A program made the translations under genes and the position numbers. 64,000 nt of DNA, taken from the NCBI GenBank assembly GCA_050250855.1, contig JBFWNW010000001.1, positions 160,001 through 224,000 on the forward strand, given 5' to 3'. Positions within the stretch are counted from its first letter, which is position 1; every line of letters begins with the position of its first letter. The DNA comes from Candidatus Babeliales bacterium. GTDB taxonomy: Bacteria; Babelota; Babeliae; Babelales; JACPOV01. The notes beneath the pieces are model-generated. The model was not told the DNA's origin and ran no database searches. It saw only the letters and a program-made list of their open reading frames with translations. This document shows positions 48,968 to 58,785 of this stretch, one piece after another.

Positions 48968-49128
48968 AGTAAACCTCTCATTAATTCTGAATTATTCTAT
49001 CTGTAAATAAGAATAGCCTTGATTTAGAAAAGAGTCAAACGGGTAAAAATGAGAAAAACCCTTTATTTTAGGCTTTAAACTAGGTTAAACTAAGAGAAGT
49101 ATGAGTAAAATTGGCATAAAAAGTTTAC

Positions 49129-49250
49129 CGTTCGAATGCTTCGACAGGCTCAGCACGAACGGTTGTGATATAATTGCTTATTTATTCCGTTCGCCCTGAG
49201 CTCGTCGAAGGGTGCGAATGCAAAATATGGTTTTGTGAATTTTGCGATAA
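49129..49250. repeat. REP-like inverted doublet (locus C)
   Basis: CGTTCGAATGCTTCGACAGGCTCAGCACGAACGG-spacer-CCGTTCGCCCTGAGCTCGTCGAAGGGTGCGAATGCAAAATATG. Confidence 0.88.
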
Positions 49251-49272
49251 GCTTGAAAAAAAGGAAAAAACT

Positions 49273-49563
49273 ATGTCTAAAAAATTATGGAGTCACGATG
49301 TGACTCGCAATGAATCTGAATCTGCACATTTTTTACCTGAAGGTCTTTTTAATAAATCGGCGCAGGATATTGCGCAAGGTTTAAAAAAAGCAGTTCATGA
49401 GCGTTTTAAAGCCGAAGGTCTTGATGCAAGTGGTGAGTATAGATCAGCTATGTCTATGCTTGATTTTTATATAAATCGAGCAGGGAAGAATTTAACTGAT
49501 TTAGATCGCAAACGCCTTGAAGCAGCAAAAGCTCAGCTTAAAAATCTTTTTGGAAAAGCATAA
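49273..49563 (+). CDS. DUF3175 family protein
   Basis: WSHDVT..., RSAMSMLDFYINRAGKNL...LEAAK.QL; ATG at 49273 with AAGGA RBS. Confidence 0.85.
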   Translation: MSKKLWSHDVTRNESESAHFLPEGLFNKSAQDIAQGLKKAVHERFKAEGLDASGEYRSAMSMLDFYINRAGKNLTDLDRKRLEAAKAQLKNLFGKA

Positions 49564-49572
49564 CTCTTTTTT

Positions 49573-51009
49573 TCATAAAAGAGTTCTTGCAACTTCTGGC
49601 TGCGTTGGTAGTGGCTCTGCACAAAGCTGAGTAGCAAGTTTGTTTATTTTTCCTGCTCCTTGAAAAAGCACGAGATCATTTGGTTTTATAACAGTATCTA
49701 ATACTTTTATCATTGCTGAAAAATCCTGCTCGTAAGGAACATAGGTAACCGAACAGATAGGATTTTTTTTCAGAATTGCATTGGTGAAAATCTCAGATGA
49801 AATTCCTGGAATGGATGCTTCGCTTGCAGGATAAATATCCGTTATGATCAGGTGATCTATCTGGTGCGTTAAAAAAATGTGTATAAAAAAATCCCAAAGA
49901 TGCTGCGTGCGTGTATAGCGATGTGGTTGAAAAATAACGATCAATTTATTTTTTTTTCTTCGTTCAGCAACAAAAAGAGTTTGATTAATTTCCTCCGGGT
50001 GATGGCCATAATCATCAAAAAGCTCAGCTCCGCGGTAGATTCCTTTAAAGGTAAAGCGTCTATCAATGCCACCAAAATTAAGCAGAGCATTGCTTATTGT
50101 TTCAAACGATATATCAAGATCACGGGAAACAGCTATAGCCGCAAGAGCATTTAAAACATTGTGTTTTCCAGGCATCATAAATTTTACTGTTCCTAAAGGC
50201 TGAGTGCTACCTTTTTCATAAACGGTAAAGATAGAGTGATCAGGATTGAGGGTAATATCTTTTGCAAAAATGTCAGCGTATTCTTCTTGAGCGCCATATT
50301 TGATAGTTTTTATGTGAGGCAGTGGTAATAATGATCTGATATTTTCATTATCACTGCATAAAAATGCTTTACCGTAAAAAGGCAGATTATTTAAAAACTG
50401 TAGAAAAGTATTTTTAACATCATCAAGGTCTTTGTATGTTTCTAGATGCTCTAAATCAATATTGGTTATTACTGCTAATGTTGCTTGCAATGAAAGCAAT
50501 GAACGATCACTTTCATCTGCTTCTGCAACTAAAAAATCGCCGGCACCAAAACGAGCATTAGTAGAAATATTTTTCAGGTGGCCGCCAATAATAACCGTGG
50601 GGTCTTTCTTTGCTTCTATGAGGATGTGTGAAATTAAAGAAGTTGTTGTTGTTTTGCCATGAGCACCCGCAATAGCAATACTATATTTTGTGCGCATAAG
50701 TTCTGCAAGCATAAGAGCTCTGCCAATGGTGGGAATACCACGTTTTTGAGCGTCAATTATTTCTGGATTATTTGCTTTTATGGCAGATGAATAGACAACA
50801 ATATCAATAGAAGCATCTTTACACTGAGTATTATTATTTCCTTGATATATTGAGCAACCAATGTGCTGTAAATCTTGTATGCTTTTTTGCTGTAAATCGC
50901 TGTCACATCCGGATATAGTAAATCCTTGATATTTTAAAATAGTTGCTATACCGCTCATACCAATGCCGCCTATGCCAATAAAATGAATATGAGCCTTTTT
51001 TTTATACAT
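49573..51009 (-). CDS. murC: UDP-N-acetylmuramate--L-alanine ligase
   Basis: HFIGIGGIGMSGIA, GAHGKTTT, EADESD, DDYGHHP, FQPHRYTRT. Confidence 0.97.
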   Translation of the reverse strand: MYKKKAHIHFIGIGGIGMSGIATILKYQGFTISGCDSDLQQKSIQDLQHIGCSIYQGNNNTQCKDASIDIVVYSSAIKANNPEIIDAQKRGIPTIGRALMLAELMRTKYSIAIAGAHGKTTTTSLISHILIEAKKDPTVIIGGHLKNISTNARFGAGDFLVAEADESDRSLLSLQATLAVITNIDLEHLETYKDLDDVKNTFLQFLNNLPFYGKAFLCSDNENIRSLLPLPHIKTIKYGAQEEYADIFAKDITLNPDHSIFTVYEKGSTQPLGTVKFMMPGKHNVLNALAAIAVSRDLDISFETISNALLNFGGIDRRFTFKGIYRGAELFDDYGHHPEEINQTLFVAERRKKNKLIVIFQPHRYTRTQHLWDFFIHIFLTHQIDHLIITDIYPASEASIPGISSEIFTNAILKKNPICSVTYVPYEQDFSAMIKVLDTVIKPNDLVLFQGAGKINKLATQLCAEPLPTQPEVARTLL

Positions 51010-51075
51010 TATATTCCTTATTTAATTTTTTGATTTTTTTACTTTAGCAAAAAAGAGTTTTTCAAACAATCTTGA

Positions 51076-52539
51076 TTATAAATTTTTTAAAAATTTTTGT
51101 GCATTATCAAGGTGTTTTTGAATAGTTTTAGGATCCATTTTCTTGAGTGTAGTATAGACAATGCGCATACGTGGTATTCGTTCAAGTTGTTTTTTATTGA
51201 TAACTAAAAAATGCCAATATAAAGAATCCCAAATAGCATTCCAGTTATTTTTTTTATAATTGCTCATGCGGCAAATATAGTTAGAGCCAGAAATATAAGG
51301 TTTTGTAGTCATGAGGCCGCCATCAGCATATTGACTCATGCCGTATACATTGGGAACCATTACCCAATCATAAGCATCAATAAAAAATTCCATAAACCAG
51401 GTGTAAACAGTTGTAGGATTAAAACCACATAAAAGCATAAAGTTTCCCAAAATCATGAGTCGTTCAATATGATGAGCATAAGAGGCATCTAGTATTTTTT
51501 TTATGGTGGTATCGATAGGCTCAATTCCTGTTGTTGCGTCCCAAAAAGATTGCGGAAGCTTTTTTTTATGAGAAAAAAAATTTTCTTTTCTTTGATTTTT
51601 TTCTTCAAAAATATAAACAGCACGTACAAATTCTCGCCAGCCTATAATTTGTCTGATAAAGCCTTCAAGAGAATTAAGAGGGGTTTTATGTTTTTTTGCA
51701 TACGCAATGGTCTGTTCGACTACGTAATCTGGTGTCAGGAGGCCATTATTAAGGAGCGGAGAAAGAAGAGAGTGAAATAAAAAATTTTGATCTGCTAGTA
51801 TGGCATCTTCATAGGTTCCAAAATCTTTAAAACGTTTTTTAAAAAAGTCTTGTAACCAGGTATAGGCATCAGCATGAATAATTGGGTAAAAAAAATCTTT
51901 TTCAGATCCTGGGTTTTTTGCAAAATGTTTTTTGACGTACTGTTTTGCTTCTTGTACAAACTTATTTTCTTTTGGTTTCCAAAGAGATGGTATTGTTATA
52001 GTGTTTGAAAGAGGTTCCCTGTTTTGATCGTCATAACTCCAGTTGCCGCCAACAGGCTTATTTGTATTGGTGAGCAATAATTTCATGCGTTTTCTTTGTT
52101 TTACATAAAAAGAATGCATAAAATATTTTTTTTGTTTAAATGTTTTTTTAAGCCAATCTACAGGAGATAAAAACGCTGGAGATTCATGCCGTACAATATT
52201 TTTAGTAATTTTTTTCGATGCTTTTAAAAATTCTTTTTCAAACGGAATATCAACGAGATCTATATAGTGAAGTTCGTTGATTTTTTCCTTTTTGAGCCTA
52301 ATAAAAAGGTTTTCATATTCATGGTAGGAAATATATATAACGCTATACTTTTTTTTCTCCAGCATTGTTTGATAGGCCTTCATAGAAGCGCGATGTAATA
52401 TGAGCTTTTTTTTGTGAAATGAAAGATCAGTAAAATAGCGGGGCGCCTCAACAAGAAAAACAAATGATGCTTTATCTAATGCAGGATTATTTTCAAAAAG
52501 CTGATGGGGAAAAATAATTGCAGCGCAAGAGCTGGTCAT
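51076..52539 (-). CDS. Cryptochrome/photolyase family protein, bacterial (6-4)/BCP-like, lacking FeS cysteines
   Basis: FPHQLF, HKKKLILHRASM, GGNWSYDDQNR, FGTYEDA, EGFIRQIIGWREF, YAHHIERLM, DAYDWVMVPNV, KPY. Confidence 0.9.
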   Translation of the reverse strand: MTSSCAAIIFPHQLFENNPALDKASFVFLVEAPRYFTDLSFHKKKLILHRASMKAYQTMLEKKKYSVIYISYHEYENLFIRLKKEKINELHYIDLVDIPFEKEFLKASKKITKNIVRHESPAFLSPVDWLKKTFKQKKYFMHSFYVKQRKRMKLLLTNTNKPVGGNWSYDDQNREPLSNTITIPSLWKPKENKFVQEAKQYVKKHFAKNPGSEKDFFYPIIHADAYTWLQDFFKKRFKDFGTYEDAILADQNFLFHSLLSPLLNNGLLTPDYVVEQTIAYAKKHKTPLNSLEGFIRQIIGWREFVRAVYIFEEKNQRKENFFSHKKKLPQSFWDATTGIEPIDTTIKKILDASYAHHIERLMILGNFMLLCGFNPTTVYTWFMEFFIDAYDWVMVPNVYGMSQYADGGLMTTKPYISGSNYICRMSNYKKNNWNAIWDSLYWHFLVINKKQLERIPRMRIVYTTLKKMDPKTIQKHLDNAQKFLKNL

Positions 52540-52540
52540 A

Positions 52541-53920
52541 TTAGGCCTTTCTATACATTTTTTTTGCCAAGGCAGCTTCTTGAGAATGATCAAGTATGGG
52601 GCGAGGATAATTTTTAATAGATGGGCTTGTTTTTTTAAACCATGTATGAATAAGAGAAGGCTTTACCTTTTTTAATTCTGGAATCCATGTTTTTATATAG
52701 GTACAATCAGGGTCGAATTTTTTTTGCTGGAGCCATGGATTAAAAATGCGAAAATAAGGTTGCGCATCACACCCTGTTGAAGCGCACCATTGCCAATTAC
52801 CATTGTTTACTGCTGGATCATAATCTTCTAATTGTTGTGCGAAATATTTTTCTCCCCATAACCAATTAATATGAAGATCTTTTGTTAAAAATGATGCAAC
52901 AATCATGCGTACTCTATTATGCATAAATCCTGTTTCATTTAATTGTCGCATGCCTGCATCAACAATAGGAAATCCTGTTTTTCCTTGGCACCATGATTCA
53001 AAGTTCTTATATGATTTGTTCCAAGAAAGATTGGTATAGCGTTCTTGGAAAGGTTGGCCAAAGACAAATGGTGAATTATATGCTACATGCGTAAAAAAAT
53101 CACGCCAAAAGAGTTGCTGAATAAGCAGATGATTTTTTCCTAACTGTTTTTGAATTGCATGATAAACTTCGCGAATGGAAAGAGTACCAAATTTATTATG
53201 CGCAGAAAGGAGTGTTGTTGCTATTGAGGGAGCATTGCGTATTTTTGCATAATCTTTAAATTTTTTTAGCGATTTAATAATGCTTAACCCATGCATTCTG
53301 CCGCCAGGTATATTAAGAGAAGAATTTTTCTTTTTAAGAATTTTTTTATAAAGATCTGTGCCAGCAGATTCTTTTATAGATTTATTAAAAAAATTACCAG
53401 ATGAGCATTTGATCGGCGTAGCTATTTTTTTTAATGAAGCTTTTTTAAAAAAAGGTGTAAATTTTGCATAAGGTGTACCACCCTGGGTCATGACTTCTTC
53501 TGGTTGCGTTAAAAGAAGGTCTTGCGATTGTATAAATTCGATCTCATGGTGTAAGCATATTTTTTTGATAGCTTCATCACGCTTTATACTAAATGGGGTG
53601 TAATCCCGATTACAAAAAACAGCATCAATAGAATATTTCTTGATCAATTTCTCTAAAACTTTTTCTGCTATTCCTTCAAAAAGATATAAAGATCCTTTTC
53701 TTTGCTTGAGTTGTTGTTCTAAATCTTGCAACGATTCAATCATAAACTGGATAGCATTGGTACTACGATATTCGTTAGCAGATCCAATTTGGCGGGGGTC
53801 GAAGATAAAACAAGGGATCACTTGTTTGGAAGACCGGAGTGCTTCGAGTAATCCTGTATTATCATCAACTCTTAGGTCACGCCTGAATATAAAAAGGGAT
53901 AGTTGATAAGATTCGTTCAT
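52541..53920 (-). CDS. phr: Deoxyribodipyrimidine (CPD) photolyase
   Basis: FRRDLRVDDN, QLFWRDF, TGFPIVDAGMRQL, MHNRVRM, NNGNWQW, RIFNP. Confidence 0.95.
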   Translation of the reverse strand: MNESYQLSLFIFRRDLRVDDNTGLLEALRSSKQVIPCFIFDPRQIGSANEYRSTNAIQFMIESLQDLEQQLKQRKGSLYLFEGIAEKVLEKLIKKYSIDAVFCNRDYTPFSIKRDEAIKKICLHHEIEFIQSQDLLLTQPEEVMTQGGTPYAKFTPFFKKASLKKIATPIKCSSGNFFNKSIKESAGTDLYKKILKKKNSSLNIPGGRMHGLSIIKSLKKFKDYAKIRNAPSIATTLLSAHNKFGTLSIREVYHAIQKQLGKNHLLIQQLFWRDFFTHVAYNSPFVFGQPFQERYTNLSWNKSYKNFESWCQGKTGFPIVDAGMRQLNETGFMHNRVRMIVASFLTKDLHINWLWGEKYFAQQLEDYDPAVNNGNWQWCASTGCDAQPYFRIFNPWLQQKKFDPDCTYIKTWIPELKKVKPSLIHTWFKKTSPSIKNYPRPILDHSQEAALAKKMYRKA

Positions 53921-53938
53921 AATAGTTATCGCTAGTTT

Positions 53939-54295
53939 TTATAAAAGATTTTTTAGTTTGATCAGTTGTTTTTGAAGTAATTTTATTTGGTTGATCAAAT
54001 CTTGATCAAGAGAGTTTTTTTGAGAGGCATCTTCTTTTTTTTGAGTTGGTAGCATGAGTGCAGTTTTTTTTGTATGCTGTGTTAAAACTTTTTTTGCACC
54101 GGCAATAGTAAAGCCCTTTTCATAAAGTAGTTCTTTAATAAGTTTAAATTGATTATAATCTTCTTGTTGGTAAAATCGTTGCCCACCAGAAGTGCGAGAG
54201 GGGCTTATGTTGAATTCTTTTTCCCAGAAGCGAATGACAAAGCGTTTAACGCCAAGCTCTTGCGCAAGTTTTCCTATTCTGAACTGTTCTTTCAT
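53939..54295 (-). CDS. MerR-family HTH regulator (short)
   Basis: FRIGKLA..LGV...IRFWEKEF, R.SGGQRFY, LLYEKGFTIAGAK. Confidence 0.9.
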   Translation of the reverse strand: MKEQFRIGKLAQELGVKRFVIRFWEKEFNISPSRTSGGQRFYQQEDYNQFKLIKELLYEKGFTIAGAKKVLTQHTKKTALMLPTQKKEDASQKNSLDQDLINQIKLLQKQLIKLKNLL

Positions 54296-54467
54296 ACACT
54301 ATCCTTTTTTAAAAAATATCAGGTATACTTTTTTAGTTATAGCCTAACTTTTTTTTAATGTAAATTAGGGTACCCAGAGGTTTTGTGCTGGATCAAGAAG
54401 CTTTTATATGGTAAGCTAAAATCTCTTTCTTATTAATAATCTTTTATCTAATAAAGGTATACAAGCT

Positions 54468-56033
54468 ATGAACCGCAAAGATCTGTTAGTACTTCTTTCT
54501 CTTTCTTTATTAATAACCTGGGGTATGCAATTCTATTTTTCTCGTTATGAAGTTGTATCTGAAGAAGTGCAGTCAGGACAGCGTTTTAATGCTCCTCAGC
54601 ATCTACAGGTTCATAGACCTTTAAATGTTGAAGTTGATTTTATTGATGATAAGCCAGCAACAAAACATGAGATAACGGCAATTGATACAGATTTGGCTCA
54701 TTATGAATTTACCACTGATGGTGCTGCTGTTTCTCGTGTTCAATTTAAGCGTAAATGGTCAGACAATTCGTTTGAAACAATTTTTCCAGCAACGCAATAT
54801 GACAGAGAAAAAAGCGCCTTTTTAGTAGCATTTGATCAGGAAACTCCTTTTTATTATCAATTAGAAGGGGTTAAAGATTTGGGGGATACATATCAAGTTG
54901 CATACAAAGCTCCATTTAATGGTGGTGTAATAAGAAAAATATTTACAGTATTTAAAGAATCATATCGTTTTGATTTAGCTCTTTCACTAGAATTTAATAC
55001 CGGTTCTCGTACCATAAGACCACGTGTATTTATCCCATCTCCTATTTTGGCAGAGTTGCGTGAAGATAAGGCAGAAGGCAAAAAGAGTACCGATCTTATT
55101 TCTGGGATAGTTAATGATGGCTTGAGCAAGGTGCAAATAGTTCCTAAAAATGATCAAGCTATAGAATCTTATTGGGCTAACCCTAGTTTGTTTGGATCCC
55201 AAGATCGTTATTTTGTCCATGCTTTTGTTCATGACCAACATAATTTTGCACAACGTGGTTTTTACAAAGCAGTTGATTTTGAAAGCATGTATGCAATTAT
55301 AGAAGGTCCTGAAGTAGAAAAAAATAGTACCTGGAACCTTTCTTTTTATGTTGGGCCAAAAGAAGATGATGCGATGACAGCGGTTGATTCTCGTTTGGAT
55401 CAAACACTTAACTATGGCTGGTTATCATTTATTTCAAAACCCCTTTCAAGAATAGTGTTAGAGGTTTTAAACTTTTTATATAACTATGTTCATAATTATG
55501 GCTTAGCAATTATTTTGCTTACTATTCTCATCAAGCTTCTTATGTTTCCGTTCACCTATAAATCAGAAGGTGGCATGAAAAAGCAGGTTGAATATGAAAA
55601 GAAAATGGAATATATAAAGAATCGTTATAAAAATGATCCTGAAGCGCTTAATCGTGCACGTGCAGAATATATAGAAAAGCATGGTCTTCCTGGTATGGGA
55701 GGTGTTCTATCGGGCTTTTTACAGTTACCAATTTTTTGGGCTTTGAGTACTACGCTATCTAATGCTATTGAATTATATCGAGCGCCTTTTTTATGGATTC
55801 CAGATTTATCAGCACGAGATCCGTATTACATTTTTCCTTTAATAATGGTTATTGGTGTTATTTTTTATAACCCTACCTCGGATCCTAGTAAACGCATTAC
55901 TTCACTTATTTTAGCGGTTATTTTTGCTGCGTTCATATCGAACTTTGCAGCAGGAATTACTTTGTATTTTGCAGTAAATACATTATTAGGAATAGTGCAG
56001 TCATTTGTAGTAAAGAAGTTTAAGTTGGTTTAA
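54468..56033 (+). CDS. yidC: Membrane protein insertase YidC
   Basis: N-terminal TM, periplasmic domain, YVGPK, NYGW, NYGLAIILLTILIKLL, LWIPDLSARDPYY. Confidence 0.93.
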   Translation: MNRKDLLVLLSLSLLITWGMQFYFSRYEVVSEEVQSGQRFNAPQHLQVHRPLNVEVDFIDDKPATKHEITAIDTDLAHYEFTTDGAAVSRVQFKRKWSDNSFETIFPATQYDREKSAFLVAFDQETPFYYQLEGVKDLGDTYQVAYKAPFNGGVIRKIFTVFKESYRFDLALSLEFNTGSRTIRPRVFIPSPILAELREDKAEGKKSTDLISGIVNDGLSKVQIVPKNDQAIESYWANPSLFGSQDRYFVHAFVHDQHNFAQRGFYKAVDFESMYAIIEGPEVEKNSTWNLSFYVGPKEDDAMTAVDSRLDQTLNYGWLSFISKPLSRIVLEVLNFLYNYVHNYGLAIILLTILIKLLMFPFTYKSEGGMKKQVEYEKKMEYIKNRYKNDPEALNRARAEYIEKHGLPGMGGVLSGFLQLPIFWALSTTLSNAIELYRAPFLWIPDLSARDPYYIFPLIMVIGVIFYNPTSDPSKRITSLILAVIFAAFISNFAAGITLYFAVNTLLGIVQSFVVKKFKLV

Positions 56034-56035
56034 GT

Positions 56036-56635
56036 ATGATAGAGCAGAGTCAAGTTTTTAAGCAATTACTCAAGCATTTGCAGCAAGTTCCTTATCTTGC
56101 TTCAAAAAATTTATATCGCGTGGTACAGCATTTTTTGTCATTAGAACAGTCAAAAGTAGAACAGTTTTGTCAGGCTCTTTTGCAAGCAAAACAATCGATT
56201 GTTAAATGTTCTCGTTGTTGTACCTGGCAAGAAAAAGATCAGCCTTGTGTATTTTGTGATTCACCAAAACGTGATCTTTCTACCATTTGTGTGGTAGAAA
56301 CATGGCAAGAACTTATTGCATTAGAAAAGACGGGTGGTTACCAAGGTCTTTATCATGTGCTTGGGGGAGCATTATGTCCTTTGGAGGGTATAGGTCCGGA
56401 ACAGTTGACCATTGATAGCTTAATAAAAAGAGTGCAGGATCCGGTAAAAGAAATTATTTTGGCAACGAATCAAACGCCAGAAGGTGAAGCAACGGCATCC
56501 TATATTGCTCAAAAACTAAAGCAATCAAAGCTAGTTGTTTCATGCCTTGCTCGTGGGATTCCGGTAGGATCTTCGCTAGAGTTTATGGACCGTGTTACTG
56601 TATACAAAGCTCTTTCTGAACGCAGGCCTTTTTAA
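56036..56635 (+). CDS. recR: Recombination mediator RecR
   Basis: C4 Zn finger, ICVVE, YHVLGG, Toprim EIILATN..EGEATA, LARGIPVG. Confidence 0.94.
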   Translation: MIEQSQVFKQLLKHLQQVPYLASKNLYRVVQHFLSLEQSKVEQFCQALLQAKQSIVKCSRCCTWQEKDQPCVFCDSPKRDLSTICVVETWQELIALEKTGGYQGLYHVLGGALCPLEGIGPEQLTIDSLIKRVQDPVKEIILATNQTPEGEATASYIAQKLKQSKLVVSCLARGIPVGSSLEFMDRVTVYKALSERRPF

Positions 56636-56641
56636 TTGCCG

Positions 56642-56932
56642 TTAATTTGAAGGGAAGTCCCATGCTTCAGCTTTGCCTTCATCGTTATAGAGCTGGCAAG
56701 AACCACATTGCTCAACGCACTCACGAGATGCAAAGCGGCCTTGTTTGCAACATTCACGACAGTTTACTGTTGGCTTATTTTGTACTTGGCGTGTTTTTCT
56801 TCCATATTGATATGTACATTTTCCGCCAGGGCATGATTCATAAGATTGACCATCCACTTCTTCAGCTAGTGAACGCAAGGCAAAAACAAATAATATGAGG
56901 GCTATAAAGCCTAAAACGGTATCTTTTTTCAT
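56642..56932 (-). CDS. Small secreted Cys-rich protein
   Basis: Signal peptide, 8 Cys in about 50 aa; AAGGAG RBS. Confidence 0.7.
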   Translation of the reverse strand: MKKDTVLGFIALILFVFALRSLAEEVDGQSYESCPGGKCTYQYGRKTRQVQNKPTVNCRECCKQGRFASRECVEQCGSCQLYNDEGKAEAWDFPSN

Positions 56933-57112
56933 GATATAGTTCTCCTTTAACTTTCTTTAAATATTACACCAATAGAATACTAAATTATTTTATAAATTTG
57001 CAATAGTTTCAAATAATAAATATTGAGATGGGATATATTGGAAAAAAAATATGAATCGGTACACTGATACTCAAGAATAATTAATTGTAAAACCAAGAAC
57101 TATGAGAAAACA

Positions 57113-58420
57113 ATGCCATATCAAGAACCTTTTGAATCATCGATGTTTCAAGATCGTAGAAATCTTTTAATACAACGCATTAAAGAAAAGTATCCCGATA
57201 AAACAGCGGGAATTGTTTTATTGTTAGGGAATTTTGAGCGTGAAGGCGCTGTTTTTAAACAAGATCCATCATTTTATTATCTTACCGGGATTCAAGAGCC
57301 TGCGTGCGCCCTAGTTATTGATCTTGCAACAGAGAGCGTAACCTTATTTGTCCCAAATTTTGGTAAAGAACGAGAAAAGTGGATGGCAGATGCGATTATG
57401 CTTGATAAAGGTTTTGAGGTAAAATATGGTGTTGATGCAATTAAATATTTGGGACAACCTTGCGTAGGATATCAATGTTATCCATTTTTTAGCAAGCAAG
57501 AATACGCAGATCTTTTAGCTTTTTTAGAAGGTGTAATTAAAGCAGGAAACCCTATTTTTACGCTTAATCCTGAAAATGCTCGTGAATACATAGAACAACG
57601 TTATGTATTGCAACGTATTGCTGATATGGTGCCAGATTTTAAAAAATCATTAATAGATGTTTCTTATTTGGTACATGAGCTGCGACGTACTAAAAATACA
57701 CGAGAAATTGAGCTTCTTTACAAAGCAATAGATATTACTATAGATGCGCAATACGTGCTTGCTCCTGAAGTTCGTCCAGGAATTATTGAGTATGAATTGG
57801 AAGGTTTGATCAATTATATATTCATTGGAAAGGGTGGTGTAGTTGCTTTTCCTAGTATTGTAGCAAGTGGTAAGAATAGTACCATTTTGCACTACCATCA
57901 TAATAATAAAACATTACAAGACGGTGAACTTTTAGTGGTAGATATTGGTGCAGAATATAATGGTTACTGTGCAGATATTACTAGAACATATCCTGTTTCA
58001 GGTACGTTTACACCGCGTCAGCGTGAAATTTATATGATGGTTCTTGATACGCAGGAATATATTGCAAATTTAGCAAAACCTGGCTATTGGCTTTCTAATA
58101 AAGAGCAGCCAGATAAATCATTATATCATTTGGCAGTTGCTTATTTAGCGCAAAAAGGTTACGACAAATATTTTCTACATGGGATTGGCCATTTTCTTGG
58201 TATTGATGTGCATGATGTTGGTGATTATAAAAAACCTTTGGAGCCTGGCGATGTTATTACTATTGAGCCTGGTATTTATATCAAAGAAGAAGAGTTAGGT
58301 GTGCGTATAGAAGATGATTACTGGGTTATTGAAGATGGTGTTGTTTGTATGAGCGAACAGTTACCAAAACATCCTGATGATATTGAGCAGATGATGAAGG
58401 CTCAGCATAATGAAAATTAG
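57113..58420 (+). CDS. pepP: Xaa-Pro aminopeptidase (M24B)
   Basis: FYYLTG, DIGAEY.GYCADITRT, HGIGHFLGIDVHD, TIEPGIY, GVRIEDD. Confidence 0.93.
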   Translation: MPYQEPFESSMFQDRRNLLIQRIKEKYPDKTAGIVLLLGNFEREGAVFKQDPSFYYLTGIQEPACALVIDLATESVTLFVPNFGKEREKWMADAIMLDKGFEVKYGVDAIKYLGQPCVGYQCYPFFSKQEYADLLAFLEGVIKAGNPIFTLNPENAREYIEQRYVLQRIADMVPDFKKSLIDVSYLVHELRRTKNTREIELLYKAIDITIDAQYVLAPEVRPGIIEYELEGLINYIFIGKGGVVAFPSIVASGKNSTILHYHHNNKTLQDGELLVVDIGAEYNGYCADITRTYPVSGTFTPRQREIYMMVLDTQEYIANLAKPGYWLSNKEQPDKSLYHLAVAYLAQKGYDKYFLHGIGHFLGIDVHDVGDYKKPLEPGDVITIEPGIYIKEEELGVRIEDDYWVIEDGVVCMSEQLPKHPDDIEQMMKAQHNEN

Positions 58421-58772
58421 CTTTATACTATTTTTAGGATTATTTACGAGCGTTCTGACTGCTTGGGATGAGAAGTTGCGTGAACAAGAGTATAAAGAGC
58501 TAGAAGAGATGTTTTGTACAGTTGATTACAAAGAATTTGTTAGAATTTTTAATACGAAGACATGGTTTTTTACAAAAGAGGATAAAGATATTCTCATAAA
58601 AAGCCTATCCTTATTTTGTGAGAACTACATTAAAGACTTGCAGACGGTATTCTCACATGAAGAAGATTATCAAGAAGATTTAAATAAAATAGACTATTTT
58701 CAAACCAATCTTGAAGATTTTTTTGAAAGTTTAATTAGCAATCAAGACGAGCCTTATGATGATCCGGATTAA
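58410..58772 (+). CDS. Hypothetical acidic secreted protein
   Basis: Signal peptide, overlaps the pepP stop. Confidence 0.6.
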   Translation: MKISFILFLGLFTSVLTAWDEKLREQEYKELEEMFCTVDYKEFVRIFNTKTWFFTKEDKDILIKSLSLFCENYIKDLQTVFSHEEDYQEDLNKIDYFQTNLEDFFESLISNQDEPYDDPD

Positions 58773-58785
58773 TATTACTTCTTTT

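Noticed and set aside
49174..49272. N-terminal extension (VRPELVEG...) of the DUF3175 ORF in the ORF track
   Set aside because: It is a translation of the REP-like repeat; a better ATG with RBS lies at 49273
53939..54295. MerR gene as a LitR/CarH light sensor for the adjacent photolyases
   Set aside because: Only 118 aa with no B12-binding domain; it resembles the short housekeeping-associated MerR-like family. Co-transcription remains possible.
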